Below are positions 1 through 9,062 of a stretch of DNA of 64,000 nucleotides, piece after piece. Within the stretch, counting starts at the first letter, position 1, and the number at the start of each line of letters is the position of its first letter. Under the pieces are notes generated by a model, which did not search any database, was not told the DNA's origin, and saw only the letters and a list, made by a program, of their open reading frames with translations. The position numbers were made by a program, and so were the translations under genes. This DNA comes from Desulfobacterales bacterium. Lineage in GTDB: Bacteria > Desulfobacterota > Desulfobacteria > Desulfobacterales > UBA2174. Location: contig CAXXWC010000021.1 in NCBI GenBank assembly GCA_963668645.2, positions 1,536,001-1,600,000 of the forward strand, written 5' to 3'.

Positions 1-756
1 GGCATGCTGCCGCGCCTGTCCAGCCAACTGGGCAACTTCGTGCGCACCAATTCCGAAGCGATCCTGGGCGTGCGCTCCCGGGATCGCTCGGTGGACTGGA
101 ATGACCAGATCGCCATCACCTCAGGGATCTATCCCGACGATGACACCCATATGGAAATGGTGCGCTACAACAAGGGATCCGACCTGCTCTACGGCCTGCT
201 GACCCTGCTCACCGACGGGGGTGGCGCAATACCGAGACAGATGCGCTTTGCTGCCAATGTCCTGCGCCATCCGCTGCGTTTTTTGCGCAATTTTTGGTTC
301 CTGGGCAGCTCAGCGCGAACAACGGTCCTGCTGGTCATGCAAACCAGCGACAATTATCTGCACCTCAACTTGGCCCCGCGGCCCTGGCGCTTCGGCCGCT
401 GCAGCCTCAACAGCCGCCTGCCGCCGGGCCAAGAGCGCATCCCCAGCTACATACCGGTTGCCAATGAGGTGGCCCGCCGCCTGGCGACCAGGATGAACGG
501 AGAGCCGTTGAGCAGTTGGCCCGAGATGATCCTGGATGCGCCCACCACGGCCCATATCCTGGGCGGCTGCGCCATGGGCGAAACCCCTGGCCAGGGGGTG
601 GTCGACTTTTCCGGCCAGGTTTTCGGATATCCGGGACTTTACGTGGCCGACGGATCTGTGGTGCCGGTCAATCTGGGCGTCAATCCCAGCCTGACCATCA
701 CGGCCCTGTCCGAGTTCATCATGGACCAGATGCCGGGCAAAAAGTCCGAGGTCTGA
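1..756 (+). CDS. GMC-family oxidoreductase (cholesterol oxidase-like), C-terminal part; 5' end lies outside the window
   Basis: C-terminal GMC motifs TAHILGGCAMG, GVVDFSGQVFGYPGLYVADGSVVP and GVNPSLTITAL; reading frame open from the window edge. Confidence 0.85.
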   Translation, partial: GMLPRLSSQLGNFVRTNSEAILGVRSRDRSVDWNDQIAITSGIYPDDDTHMEMVRYNKGSDLLYGLLTLLTDGGGAIPRQMRFAANVLRHPLRFLRNFWFLGSSARTTVLLVMQTSDNYLHLNLAPRPWRFGRCSLNSRLPPGQERIPSYIPVANEVARRLATRMNGEPLSSWPEMILDAPTTAHILGGCAMGETPGQGVVDFSGQVFGYPGLYVADGSVVPVNLGVNPSLTITALSEFIMDQMPGKKSEV

Positions 757-766
757 AAGGAGGCCC

Positions 767-1297
767 ATGAGCCTCGGCTACAAGCTGCGCCAGGCAAACC
801 GACGACTGGAGGACCTGACCCCGCGCGAAACCCGTGACCTCGAACGGCTTTTGCAGGCCGTCTATCGAGCCGAAACGGATCTGCTCGCCCGTGCAGCAGT
901 ACTGATGGACCGGTGCATCGGCGGATGCCGAGGCTTGTGCTGCCGCAATGTCGCCATCGACGAAATCATCGGATTTGCCGATCTGGTCTATATTGTTGGC
1001 CGGCACCCCGACCTTCGCAATCGCTTGGCCGCCTGCCTGGCTGCGGAACGGCCGTTTTTTACCGTTGATTGTCCGTTTCTCGAAAACGGCCATGGCCCCT
1101 GCATCCTTCCCGAAGCGGTGCGACCCGAGGTGTGCATCACCACTTTTTGCGCCGACACAGGGCCGGTGCGGCGGGAAATCTCCCAAGTCAGAAGGGCTTT
1201 CATGCGGCTGGGTTGGTTTCTCGGGAGGGTCACCATCCACCAGGCGCTGCGGCGCACTGTAGGACGATTTTCCCCGCATCCGGATTCAGATCCATGA
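767..1297 (+). CDS. YkgJ-like cysteine-cluster (putative Zn/Fe-S binding) protein
   Basis: AGGAGG RBS; CxxxCxxxCC, CPFL, C-IL and RPxxCxxxxC pattern typical of the YkgJ/CxxCxxCC family. Confidence 0.65.
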   Translation: MSLGYKLRQANRRLEDLTPRETRDLERLLQAVYRAETDLLARAAVLMDRCIGGCRGLCCRNVAIDEIIGFADLVYIVGRHPDLRNRLAACLAAERPFFTVDCPFLENGHGPCILPEAVRPEVCITTFCADTGPVRREISQVRRAFMRLGWFLGRVTIHQALRRTVGRFSPHPDSDP

Positions 1298-1345
1298 TGA
1301 AGCGGCAGAGACGATCCTGCTTTTGTTTTCACCCTCTCTTTTCCC

Positions 1346-1374
1346 TTGACAACCGGAGGGCATCCGTATATTAA
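1346..1374 (+). promoter_or_regulatory. sigma-70 promoter for tRNA-Asn
   Basis: TTGACA (1346-1351), 17 nt, TATTAA (1369-1374), about 35 nt upstream of the tRNA. Confidence 0.6.
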
Positions 1375-1408
1375 GTCCGCTTTGTCAGGATGCCTGACGC
1401 CGGTTTGT

Positions 1409-1484
1409 TCCCCAGTAGCTCAGTCGGTAGAGCAAGTGGCTGTTAACCACTGGGTCCGCGGTTCGAGTCCGTGCTGGGGAGCCA
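1409..1484 (+). tRNA. tRNA-Asn (GTT)
   Basis: 76 nt; acceptor stem TCCCCAG/CTGGGGA, D arm GCTCAGTCGGTAGAGC, anticodon loop CTGTTAA, T loop TTCGAGT, encoded CCA. Confidence 0.97.
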
Positions 1485-1490
1485 ATTATA

Positions 1491-1532
1491 ACAAGGGATC
1501 AGCTCTCACGAGCTGATCCCTTGTGCTTTTTT
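1491..1532 (+). terminator. Intrinsic terminator after tRNA-Asn
   Basis: Stem ACAAGGGATCAGCT / AGCTGATCCCTTGT followed by a T run. Confidence 0.8.
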
Positions 1533-1690
1533 ACGGGCAGGACCTCACCTCTCTACCAAGTATGCCTTGGGCACCGGCGGGATGCTTGCCAGGGCAAAAT
1601 CCTGGATACAGATACCGGTCTCAAGTGCCCGCAGAAAAACCGACCAGGCGACGCCGCCCCAGATCTTCGACAGCAGTATACCCTTGAAAC

Positions 1691-1734
1691 AACAAACCGG
1701 CCGCCCCCTTAAAGGAACGGCCGGTTTGTTTTTT
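1691..1734. terminator. Hairpin terminator downstream of etfA (probably bidirectional)
   Basis: AACAAACCGGCCG ... CGGCCGGTTTGTT flanked by A-rich and T-rich tracts, about 20 nt past the etfA stop. Confidence 0.7.
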
Positions 1735-1754
1735 AAACCTACTGGCGTGGCCGA

Positions 1755-2723
1755 TTACTTGGCTTCCTGAATCGCCTCGGTCAAAGCCGGCATGAACTCG
1801 AGGATGTCGGCCACGATGCCCACATCGGCCACCTGGAAAATGGGGGCCTTGGCATTCTTGTTGATAGCCACGACAAATGGGTTGCCCTTGATCCCGCCCA
1901 GGTGCTGGAAGGAGCCGCTGATCCCGCAGGCCAGATAGACCTTGGGTTTGACGGTCTGGCCCGAGGTGCCGACCTGGCGCGATTTTTCCAGCCACTTGGC
2001 GTCCACAATGGGCCGCGAGCAGGAAACCACCGCACCCATGGCCTCGGCCAGTTCGTTGGCGATCTCGATGTTGTCTTCCTCCTCGATCCCGCGGCCGATG
2101 GAGACCAGCACGTCCTCTTTGGTGATGTCCACGTCGCCCACTTCGGCAGCCACCACTTCGATAAAGCGGCGCCTGGGAGCCAGATCGCCGATCTCGCCCG
2201 ACTTGTCCACCACATTGCCCGAGGCGGCCGCTTCCACCGCAGCGAAGCTGCCGGCCCGCGGGGTCAGTACGGCCCCCTTGGAGATATCGGCATTCACATG
2301 GGTGCTTACCTGCCCGCCGAACTCCTGGCGCACCAGCTTGAGGGTAGCACCGTCAAGGCCTTCGATCTCCACCACGTCGGGCACGAAGGCCGCATCGAGC
2401 TTGATCGACAGCCCCGGAGCCAGATCCATGCCGAAGGTGTCATGGGCCGCCAGGACGATGGCCCCGGCCGGCAGGGCCGCCAGCAGCAGCGGGCGGACCG
2501 CTTCGGCGTTGGGATAGGCCAAAGCGGCGTTGGAAAACTTCCATACCTCGTCGTAGGCCTTGGCCAGTTCGCCGGCCACGGCATCCAGTTCGGCGCCGCT
2601 GCCGGTAACGATGGCGGTAACGGTGGCGGCCGCATCGATCTTCTTGGCGGCGGCAAGCAGTTCCAGGGCCGTATCGTCGGCCACTCCGTTCTTGTGGACG
2701 ATATAAGCGAAGATCTGTGCCAT
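1755..2723 (-). CDS. etfA: Electron transfer flavoprotein alpha subunit
   Basis: SIGRG, SCSRPIVD, QVGTSGQTVKPKVYLACGISGSFQHLGGI, AINKNAKAPIFQVAD FAD-binding motifs. Confidence 0.95.
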   Translation of the reverse strand: MAQIFAYIVHKNGVADDTALELLAAAKKIDAAATVTAIVTGSGAELDAVAGELAKAYDEVWKFSNAALAYPNAEAVRPLLLAALPAGAIVLAAHDTFGMDLAPGLSIKLDAAFVPDVVEIEGLDGATLKLVRQEFGGQVSTHVNADISKGAVLTPRAGSFAAVEAAASGNVVDKSGEIGDLAPRRRFIEVVAAEVGDVDITKEDVLVSIGRGIEEEDNIEIANELAEAMGAVVSCSRPIVDAKWLEKSRQVGTSGQTVKPKVYLACGISGSFQHLGGIKGNPFVVAINKNAKAPIFQVADVGIVADILEFMPALTEAIQEAK

Positions 2724-3505
2724 TACTTCAGCCCTCCTTTGGCCTTGAGCATTTCGATCAGTTTGGCGATGATCTCTTCGGTGGAGCCTTCGAGCATCTC
2801 GGCGCCCTCGCCCAGTTCGGGCATGAAGTAGTCGAGCCGCTTGACCTGCGGCGCCAGAGCCGCGCCGTTCAGTCCCAGATCACCCGCGCCCATGGTCGGA
2901 ATCTCCACCGAGGCCACTTTGCGGATCCCGCGGATCCCCACATAGCGCGGTTCGTTGATCCCGGTCTGGATCGACAGCACGCAGGGCAGGTCGATCTCGC
3001 TGATCTCCTGGTTGCCCCCCTCGATCTCGCGGCCGATCTTGATCTTTCCGTCCGCCTCGGTCTCGATCTTGTTGACCAGCGAGGCATAGGGATAGTCGAG
3101 CAAGGCGGCCAACATTCCCCCCACCTGGGCCGCGCCGTCGTCGGCCTGGGCCCCGGTGAGGATCAGATCGTAGCTGCCTTTTTCCACCGCCGCTTTGAGC
3201 ACGGTGGCGATCCCGCGCCCGTCGGCCTCGGCAAAGGCCTCATCGTTGAGCAACAGCCCGTTGTTGGCCCCCATGGCCATCTCCCGGCGCAAAACCTCTT
3301 CGGCCTCGTCGTCGCCCACGGTCACCACGGTGACGCTGCCACCGACCCGGTCGACGATCTGGATCGCCTCTTCCACGGCGTAGTTGTCCCATTCGTTGAC
3401 CGAATAGACCAGATCGTCCCTTTCGATGTCGTTACCAGCCTTGTTGAGTTCGATCTCGTTTTCCGAGGTGTCGGGAACCCGTTTGACACAAACCAGAATC
3501 TCCAT
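2723..3505 (-). CDS. etfB: Electron transfer flavoprotein beta subunit
   Basis: ILVCVKRVPD N-terminus, NEWDNYAVEEA, DLILTGAQADD, INEPRY; coupled to etfA. Confidence 0.95.
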   Translation of the reverse strand: MEILVCVKRVPDTSENEIELNKAGNDIERDDLVYSVNEWDNYAVEEAIQIVDRVGGSVTVVTVGDDEAEEVLRREMAMGANNGLLLNDEAFAEADGRGIATVLKAAVEKGSYDLILTGAQADDGAAQVGGMLAALLDYPYASLVNKIETEADGKIKIGREIEGGNQEISEIDLPCVLSIQTGINEPRYVGIRGIRKVASVEIPTMGAGDLGLNGAALAPQVKRLDYFMPELGEGAEMLEGSTEEIIAKLIEMLKAKGGLK

Positions 3506-3580
3506 GATTGTCCTCCCGCACGAGTTGGTGTGGCCCCGGCTCCGATCATTGGCGAAACCGGGAAAAAGTGTCGCCTTTTA

Positions 3581-5659
3581 TCAGCGCGCAATATGCTGGT
3601 CGACCAGCTCTGCCAGGTCGATGGCCTCCATCTGACCTTCCAGACCGGCCACCTTGATGGCGTCCTCGATGTTCACCAGGCAAAAGGGGCAGGCCGTGAC
3701 AATGACGTTGGCCCCGGCCTCGGCCGCCATCTTGACCCGCAGGACCCCCATGCGCTGTTCTTCCTCGGGCTCGTAAAACAGCATCAAACCGCCCCCGCCG
3801 CAGCAGAAGCTGCGGTCGCGGCTGCGGGTCATCTCCACCCGACGCAACCCGGCGATGGCGTCCAGGGCCGAGCGCGGGTCGTCGTAAAGGTTGTTGTGGC
3901 GGCCCAGGTAGCACGGATCGTGATAGGTGTAGACCTTGCCCTCGGTCTGGATGGAATTGAGCTTCAGGCGCCCCTCGCGCACCTGGCGCACGATGGTCTG
4001 GCTGATGTGTTCGACCGGCGGCAGTCCGGCATAATCCTTGGTCAGGGCGTTATAGGCGTGGGGATCGGCCGTGACGATGTGCTTGGCCCCCGACTCCTTG
4101 ATCATCTCGGTGTTGTGATCCTTCAGATCCTGGAAAAGCATCTCCTCGCCGAAGCGGCGCACCTCGTGGCCGCTGTCCTTTTCCTCCTTGCCCAGAATGG
4201 CGAAATCGATCCCCGCGGCGCTCAGGACCCGGGCCGTTGACTGGGCGATGCGTTGCATGCGGTCGTCGAAGGACGTGATGCTGTCGACAAAATAAAGGGT
4301 CTCGGCCGTATCTCCGGCTTCCACCAGCTTGACGGCACACTCGGCGGCAAACGCCTTGTCCTTGGCCCAGCCGGCGCGCTTCTTTTCCATCTTGCCCCAG
4401 GGGTTGCCCCGCTTTTCCAGGGCGCTGAGCGGCTTTTGCAGACTCTGGGGCACGTTGCCGTCGTCGACCATGCCGCGGCGCAGGTCCACCATCTTGTCGA
4501 TGTACTCAATGCCAAGGGGGCACTCCTGCTCGCAAGCCCCGCAGGTGGTGCATGACCAGATCTCATCTTCGCTGTAAATCCCGCCGATCAGGGCCGGCGC
4601 CTTGGTAAAAGGCGCACCCACCGGATAAACCGGGTAGCTCGCGAATAGCTGATCGCGGGCCTTGATGGTGATGAACCGCGGCGACAGGGGCCGGCCCACG
4701 GCGTTGGCCGGGCAGTTGTCCGAGCACCGGCCGCAATCGGCACAGCTGTAAAAATCGAGAATGTGCTTCCAGGTAAAATCCTCGATCTGCTTGACCCCGA
4801 AAGACTCCAGGTCGTCGAGCTTGTCGTCGGCAACCCCGTAGCGCACCGGCTTGACGTTGCCTTTTTGCAGGCGCATGAAAAAGACGTTGAAGATCGAGGT
4901 AACCACGTGGAAGTGCTTGCCCAGGGGCAGAAAGCACAGGAAGAAAAAGAAGGTCAGATCATGGAGGTAGTAGGCCGCCAGATGGATGGTCTGAAGCTTT
5001 TCCACCGGTGTAGCGAGCAGTACCTGTTTGAAAATCCAGGCCAGGCTCAGCGGCACGACAAGTTCGGCATGTAGATTCTGCTGGATGGCCGCCGCTGCCA
5101 GGGAGCTGTCGTAAAGGGCCTCGGTAATCATCAGCGTGGAGATCAGGCAAAGCACGAAGACCGCCTCGGCGGTGTGGTCCTTCCCGTAACGCGGCGGTAC
5201 GGCATAACGGGCCGGCTTGAAGATGCCCCGGCGTACCATGGCGATCACCGCCACCACCAGGACGGCGGTGGCCATGATCTGGCGTAGCAGATCGTAGCCC
5301 AGGCCGATGAAGCCGTCAAAACCGGGAAAGACGAACCCCTCCACCATTCCGAGGATCACCATCTGTGAAGAGCGGATGGACAGGCTCAAGAAACCGGCAA
5401 AAAGAATAATATGCAACACTCCGGCCAGCATGTAACGCGGATGGCGCCACTGGGCCAGCCAGATCTTGAGCACCTGCCGGATGCGTTCCGGGATGCGGTC
5501 GAAACGCCGATCGGGCGCTGCGCGCACCATCGGCGCCAGACGCAGGGCGATCAGATAGGTAAAGACCGCCACGCCGACCACCGGGATGATGAAGGAAAAA
5601 ATCCATGTCGGCAAAAACCAGAGCCAGGCCTTGGCAGGCGAAATCAACGCGGTTTCCAT
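3581..5659 (-). CDS. Membrane-bound (Fe-S) oxidoreductase, HdrD/FadF-like (probable ETF:quinone oxidoreductase)
   Basis: N-terminal TM helices with His residues, two CxxCxxCxxxCP motifs, C-terminal CCG domain (YHDPCYLGR, FCCGGGG, TACPFC). Start placed at ATG 5659 behind a GAGG RBS; directly upstream of etfBA. Confidence 0.85.
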   Translation of the reverse strand: METALISPAKAWLWFLPTWIFSFIIPVVGVAVFTYLIALRLAPMVRAAPDRRFDRIPERIRQVLKIWLAQWRHPRYMLAGVLHIILFAGFLSLSIRSSQMVILGMVEGFVFPGFDGFIGLGYDLLRQIMATAVLVVAVIAMVRRGIFKPARYAVPPRYGKDHTAEAVFVLCLISTLMITEALYDSSLAAAAIQQNLHAELVVPLSLAWIFKQVLLATPVEKLQTIHLAAYYLHDLTFFFFLCFLPLGKHFHVVTSIFNVFFMRLQKGNVKPVRYGVADDKLDDLESFGVKQIEDFTWKHILDFYSCADCGRCSDNCPANAVGRPLSPRFITIKARDQLFASYPVYPVGAPFTKAPALIGGIYSEDEIWSCTTCGACEQECPLGIEYIDKMVDLRRGMVDDGNVPQSLQKPLSALEKRGNPWGKMEKKRAGWAKDKAFAAECAVKLVEAGDTAETLYFVDSITSFDDRMQRIAQSTARVLSAAGIDFAILGKEEKDSGHEVRRFGEEMLFQDLKDHNTEMIKESGAKHIVTADPHAYNALTKDYAGLPPVEHISQTIVRQVREGRLKLNSIQTEGKVYTYHDPCYLGRHNNLYDDPRSALDAIAGLRRVEMTRSRDRSFCCGGGGLMLFYEPEEEQRMGVLRVKMAAEAGANVIVTACPFCLVNIEDAIKVAGLEGQMEAIDLAELVDQHIAR

Positions 5660-5787
5660 CGATGATACCTCTTTGGGGTTCGCTTGAAGGGGCAACACCT
5701 CGCTTCGATCACCGCCTGCAAAGGCACCACCCGTTGAAATTGACGATGGACCAAAGTATCAAGTTTTGGCGGCGAATAACCGCAAAT

Positions 5788-5805
5788 TGAATGGCTGTTC
5801 ATTCA
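5788..5805. promoter_or_regulatory. Probable TetR/FadR operator TGAATG-N6-CATTCA
   Basis: TGAATGGCTGTTCATTCA; same palindrome recurs at 8784-8801 and 8957-8974. Confidence 0.65.
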
Positions 5806-6200
5806 CCCGCAGGAAACGGGTTGTCCCCGAGCAGCAGCCCAAGGGGGTTCCTTATCTGCTCAGGACATGCCGGTCAAGCCCTATATGGCCTGAAAAGAGG
5901 GAATGGTGTCGATTTTTCCGTCGCCATGCAACGCTTTTCCGGCCATTGCTGTAAGGTCGTAACGGCCTCCGGCGGGTCGAACCGCACCTGCGCTCGTCCC
6001 AGGGCATTGCGGCCTCTTCGAAAGTGCCCACATATGTTGCATATGCCGCGTTTTTCGAAGAGGCCGCTCCCTGCCTGACAGCCTTGTGCTTGTCTGTCCC
6101 CAGGCTGTCAGCTCCTCCCCCCGCGAGGAATCTTCACACCATTAACTGCGGAAGCGACGGTCTTTTCAAGCACGAACCGCCTTTGCCAGCACCTTTTCAG

Positions 6201-8015
6201 TTACTTGCCGCCAAAGGCCTCGTCGCTGATCTCTACTGCCGCCGCACAGGTGTTCTTGATAGCGTCCATCTTGCCGAGGGTCACCGGCAGCACGGACTGC
6301 ACGAAAAACTCGAGCTGCTTGAACTGGCCTTCATAGAAAGCCTGGTCCTTCTTCTTGGCCGAGGCCATCTTTTCGGCGGCCACCACGGCCCGCCACAGCA
6401 GCATCCAGGCCATGACCACATCGCCGCTGGCTTCCATAAACGGATAGGCTTGGGCAAAAGCGGCCATCACCTTGGGCGACATGGCCGAGGCCCCCATGTG
6501 CATGGCGACCTCGCCGAGTTTGTTGACCGCTGTTTCCAGGCGTTCGGCCGCATCCTTGAGCGCCTCGATTCCCTTTGCCTTGCCGATAATCGCCTGAATC
6601 TCACCGAGCAGATCCATGATCGGCTTGCCTTTTTTCATCCCCAGCTTGCGGCCGAGCAGATCCATGGCCTGGATCCCGTTGGTGCCTTCGTAGATCTGGG
6701 TGATACGGCAATCGCGCACCAGCTGCTCCTGGGGATATTCGCGGATGAACCCGTAGCCGCCGTAGACCTGCATACCGAGGTTGCAGACGTCAAAGGCCCG
6801 GTCGGTGACATACCCCTTGGCAATGGGCGTGAGCAGCTCGATCAGCCCCTGGTACTTGTCCTTCAGGGCCGGATCGTCGACGGTAATCTTGCGGTCCTCA
6901 CAGACCCCCACATAGTAAAGGAGGCTGCGCATGGCACTCACGTAAGTCTTCATCGTCAGGAGCATACGCCTCACATCCGGATGATGGATGATGGGCACTG
7001 CCGGGGCGTCCTTATCCATCATCTGCAATAGATTTTTCCCCTGGATCCGTTGGCGGGCGTAATCGATGGCGTTCATGTACGAAGCCGAGGCGCAACAAAA
7101 GCCCTGCATGCCCACCAAGAGGCGCGCCTCGTTCATCATCAGGAACATGGCGCGCATCCCCTTGTTTTCCTCGCCCAGCAGCAGGCCGCGGCACTTGCCC
7201 TTGCCGCCGAGGGTCAACGAGCAGGTGGCGTTGCCGTGGATCCCCATCTTCTCTTCGATCCCGGTGCAGACCACGTCGTTGAACTCACCCAGCGAGCCGT
7301 CCGGGTTGACCCAGATCTTGGGCACGATAAACAGCGAAATCCCCTTGGTGCCCGCTGGAGCGCCCTCGATGCGCGCCAGCACCGGGTGGATGATGTTCTC
7401 CACCAGATCGTGCTCACCCGAGGAAATGAAAATCTTGTTGCCGCTGATCGAGTAGGTCCCGTCCTCGTTCCTGACCGCCGTGGTTTCCAAGGCGCCCACA
7501 TCAGAGCCGGCCCCAGGTTCGGTGAGCAGCATGGTGCCGGTCCACTTCCCGGTAAACATGTTTTTGAGAAAAAGCTTCTTCTGCTCGTCGGTGCCGAAGG
7601 CCTCCACCAGCTTGCCGGCCCCGTGGGTCAGACCCGGATACATCATGAAGGCGTAGTTGGCCCCGTTAAAATAGTCCGCACAGGCCAGGGCCACGGTGCG
7701 CGGCATCCCCTGGCCGCCCCACTCGGGGGCCTCGCTCATGGCCAGCCATTCCCCCTCGCAGAACAGCTTGTAGATCCGATAGAAAGCTTCGGGGACAGTT
7801 ACTTTGCCGTTTTCCAGGGTGCAGCCTTCCTCGTCGGCGATCTTCTGGGTGGGCAGAATCTCCTTGACGGCCAGGTTGCGCGCTTCGGAAACGATCAAGT
7901 CAATGGTTTTGCGATTGAACTCTTCGAATTTCTCATGCTGGCTGAGCGTTTCGACCTCCAGTTGCTCGTGCAGCACGAAATCCACATCCCTGCGGTCCGC
8001 AATCGGCTGTGCCAT
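6201..8015 (-). CDS. Acyl-CoA dehydrogenase (long, about 600 aa type with C-terminal extension)
   Basis: GTMLLTEPGAGSDVG, GNKIFIS, EEKMGIHGNATC, MQVYGGYGF, ITQIYEGTNGIQAMDL. Confidence 0.93.
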   Translation of the reverse strand: MAQPIADRRDVDFVLHEQLEVETLSQHEKFEEFNRKTIDLIVSEARNLAVKEILPTQKIADEEGCTLENGKVTVPEAFYRIYKLFCEGEWLAMSEAPEWGGQGMPRTVALACADYFNGANYAFMMYPGLTHGAGKLVEAFGTDEQKKLFLKNMFTGKWTGTMLLTEPGAGSDVGALETTAVRNEDGTYSISGNKIFISSGEHDLVENIIHPVLARIEGAPAGTKGISLFIVPKIWVNPDGSLGEFNDVVCTGIEEKMGIHGNATCSLTLGGKGKCRGLLLGEENKGMRAMFLMMNEARLLVGMQGFCCASASYMNAIDYARQRIQGKNLLQMMDKDAPAVPIIHHPDVRRMLLTMKTYVSAMRSLLYYVGVCEDRKITVDDPALKDKYQGLIELLTPIAKGYVTDRAFDVCNLGMQVYGGYGFIREYPQEQLVRDCRITQIYEGTNGIQAMDLLGRKLGMKKGKPIMDLLGEIQAIIGKAKGIEALKDAAERLETAVNKLGEVAMHMGASAMSPKVMAAFAQAYPFMEASGDVVMAWMLLWRAVVAAEKMASAKKKDQAFYEGQFKQLEFFVQSVLPVTLGKMDAIKNTCAAAVEISDEAFGGK

Positions 8016-8129
8016 GGGTCTTCCCTTTCGTTCACGTATAAAATAGTTGTTTGGCGTAAAAACGTTCAGTTACGACCGGCCAATGAATCAACGGTTTTGT
8101 TTCCGCCTTGCCGCGGCAGGCAACGCACC

Positions 8130-8747
8130 TCAAGCTTCAGGGCCACCACCGTTCGCCCCCGCTCCGATCCCGCGCAGAAACAGGTCCACCAGTGGGTCGG
8201 CCATGGCGGTCAGGTCGTAACGCCCGCCGGAATGCAGCCAGGTATTGATCACCTCGTCCACCGCACCCAAGATGAAACGTTTGACCAGCCCCAGATAGAG
8301 ATCCTTGCGCAGGGCTCCCTCCTGTTGGCCCAATTCCACGATCTCGGAGACGATATCCAGGTACATCTTGGCCATCTCCTTGATTTGCGGTTCGGCCACT
8401 CGCTGAAACTGGTGGGTCCAGACCTGGTAGACCGCCGCCATGTGAATGTCGGCCTGAAAAGCCTCCAGGTGATGGTGGATCAGGGCGTGCAGTTTGGCTT
8501 CGGCGCCTTCGGCCTGGCGCACCGCTTCCCGGAAATTGTCGAAAACCAAACGTGTCTTGGAGTTGAAAAAATGGACCAGGATATCGTCTTTATTCTTGAA
8601 ATACAGATATATGGTTCCATCCGCGACCCCGGCCTGACGGGCAATCTGCGAGATGGTGGACCGATGGAATCCCTTCTCGGCGAAGACCTTGATGGCTGCG
8701 TCCAGAATGCGGTCGTACTTATCGTTGTTGCGCGCCTTGTTGGCGAT
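8130..8747 (-). CDS. TetR-family regulator (FadR/YsiA-like fatty-acid degradation repressor); start uncertain, probably ATC at 8747
   Basis: ILDAAIKVFAEKGFHRSTISQIARQAGVADGTIYLYFKNK HTH; GGAGGT RBS 5 nt before an in-frame ATC. Confidence 0.85.
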   Translation of the reverse strand: MANKARNNDKYDRILDAAIKVFAEKGFHRSTISQIARQAGVADGTIYLYFKNKDDILVHFFNSKTRLVFDNFREAVRQAEGAEAKLHALIHHHLEAFQADIHMAAVYQVWTHQFQRVAEPQIKEMAKMYLDIVSEIVELGQQEGALRKDLYLGLVKRFILGAVDEVINTWLHSGGRYDLTAMADPLVDLFLRGIGAGANGGGPEA

Positions 8748-8782
8748 GATGCACCTCCCGTTGCCTTGCAGACAACCCCAAT

Positions 8783-8827
8783 ATGAATGAACGCTCATTC
8801 ATTACCAACCCGCATGCCACTTGTCAA
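8783..8827 (-). promoter_or_regulatory. sigma-70 promoter of tetR overlapped by a palindromic operator
   Basis: Minus-strand TTGACA (8827-8822), 17 nt, TAATGA; palindrome ATGAATGAACGCTCATTCAT at 8783-8802. Confidence 0.7.
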
Positions 8828-8956
8828 GCCCCAAAATTGACTTTAAATATTAGTACCAACACCGGTCGAGGATGCTTTTAACAACCTAAAATGAAATGAA
8901 ATATGGAAAATGGCGGAAAATCTTGACGACAGAGCCTGAAGGCCGACAAAGAGAAG

Positions 8957-8974
8957 TGAATTTACATTCATTCA
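8957..8974. promoter_or_regulatory. Third, slightly degenerate TetR operator
   Basis: TGAATTTACATTCATTCA; 11 of 12 matches to TGAATG-N6-CATTCA. Confidence 0.5.
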
Positions 8975-8984
8975 CAGGAAAGAC

Positions 8985-9027
8985 AAAAAAACCCCAGGTC
9001 GCGTGTAACGCAATCCGGGGTCTTTTT
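8985..9027 (-). terminator. Intrinsic terminator of the porin gene
   Basis: Minus strand ACCCCGGATTGCG..CGCGACCTGGGGT followed by a T run, about 35 nt after the stop. Confidence 0.65.
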
Positions 9028-9062
9028 GAAACCAGCCTAAAGCCGTCGGCGCGACGCCGGGC

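Noticed and set aside
1409..1750. tRNA-Asn as an integration site for a genomic island
   Set aside because: No integrase and no duplicated tRNA 3' end seen; a terminator and housekeeping etf genes follow directly.
3581..5659. Selenocysteine recoding in the Fe-S oxidoreductase
   Set aside because: The CCG motif is encoded by ordinary Cys codons and the only in-frame TGA is at the natural C-terminus.
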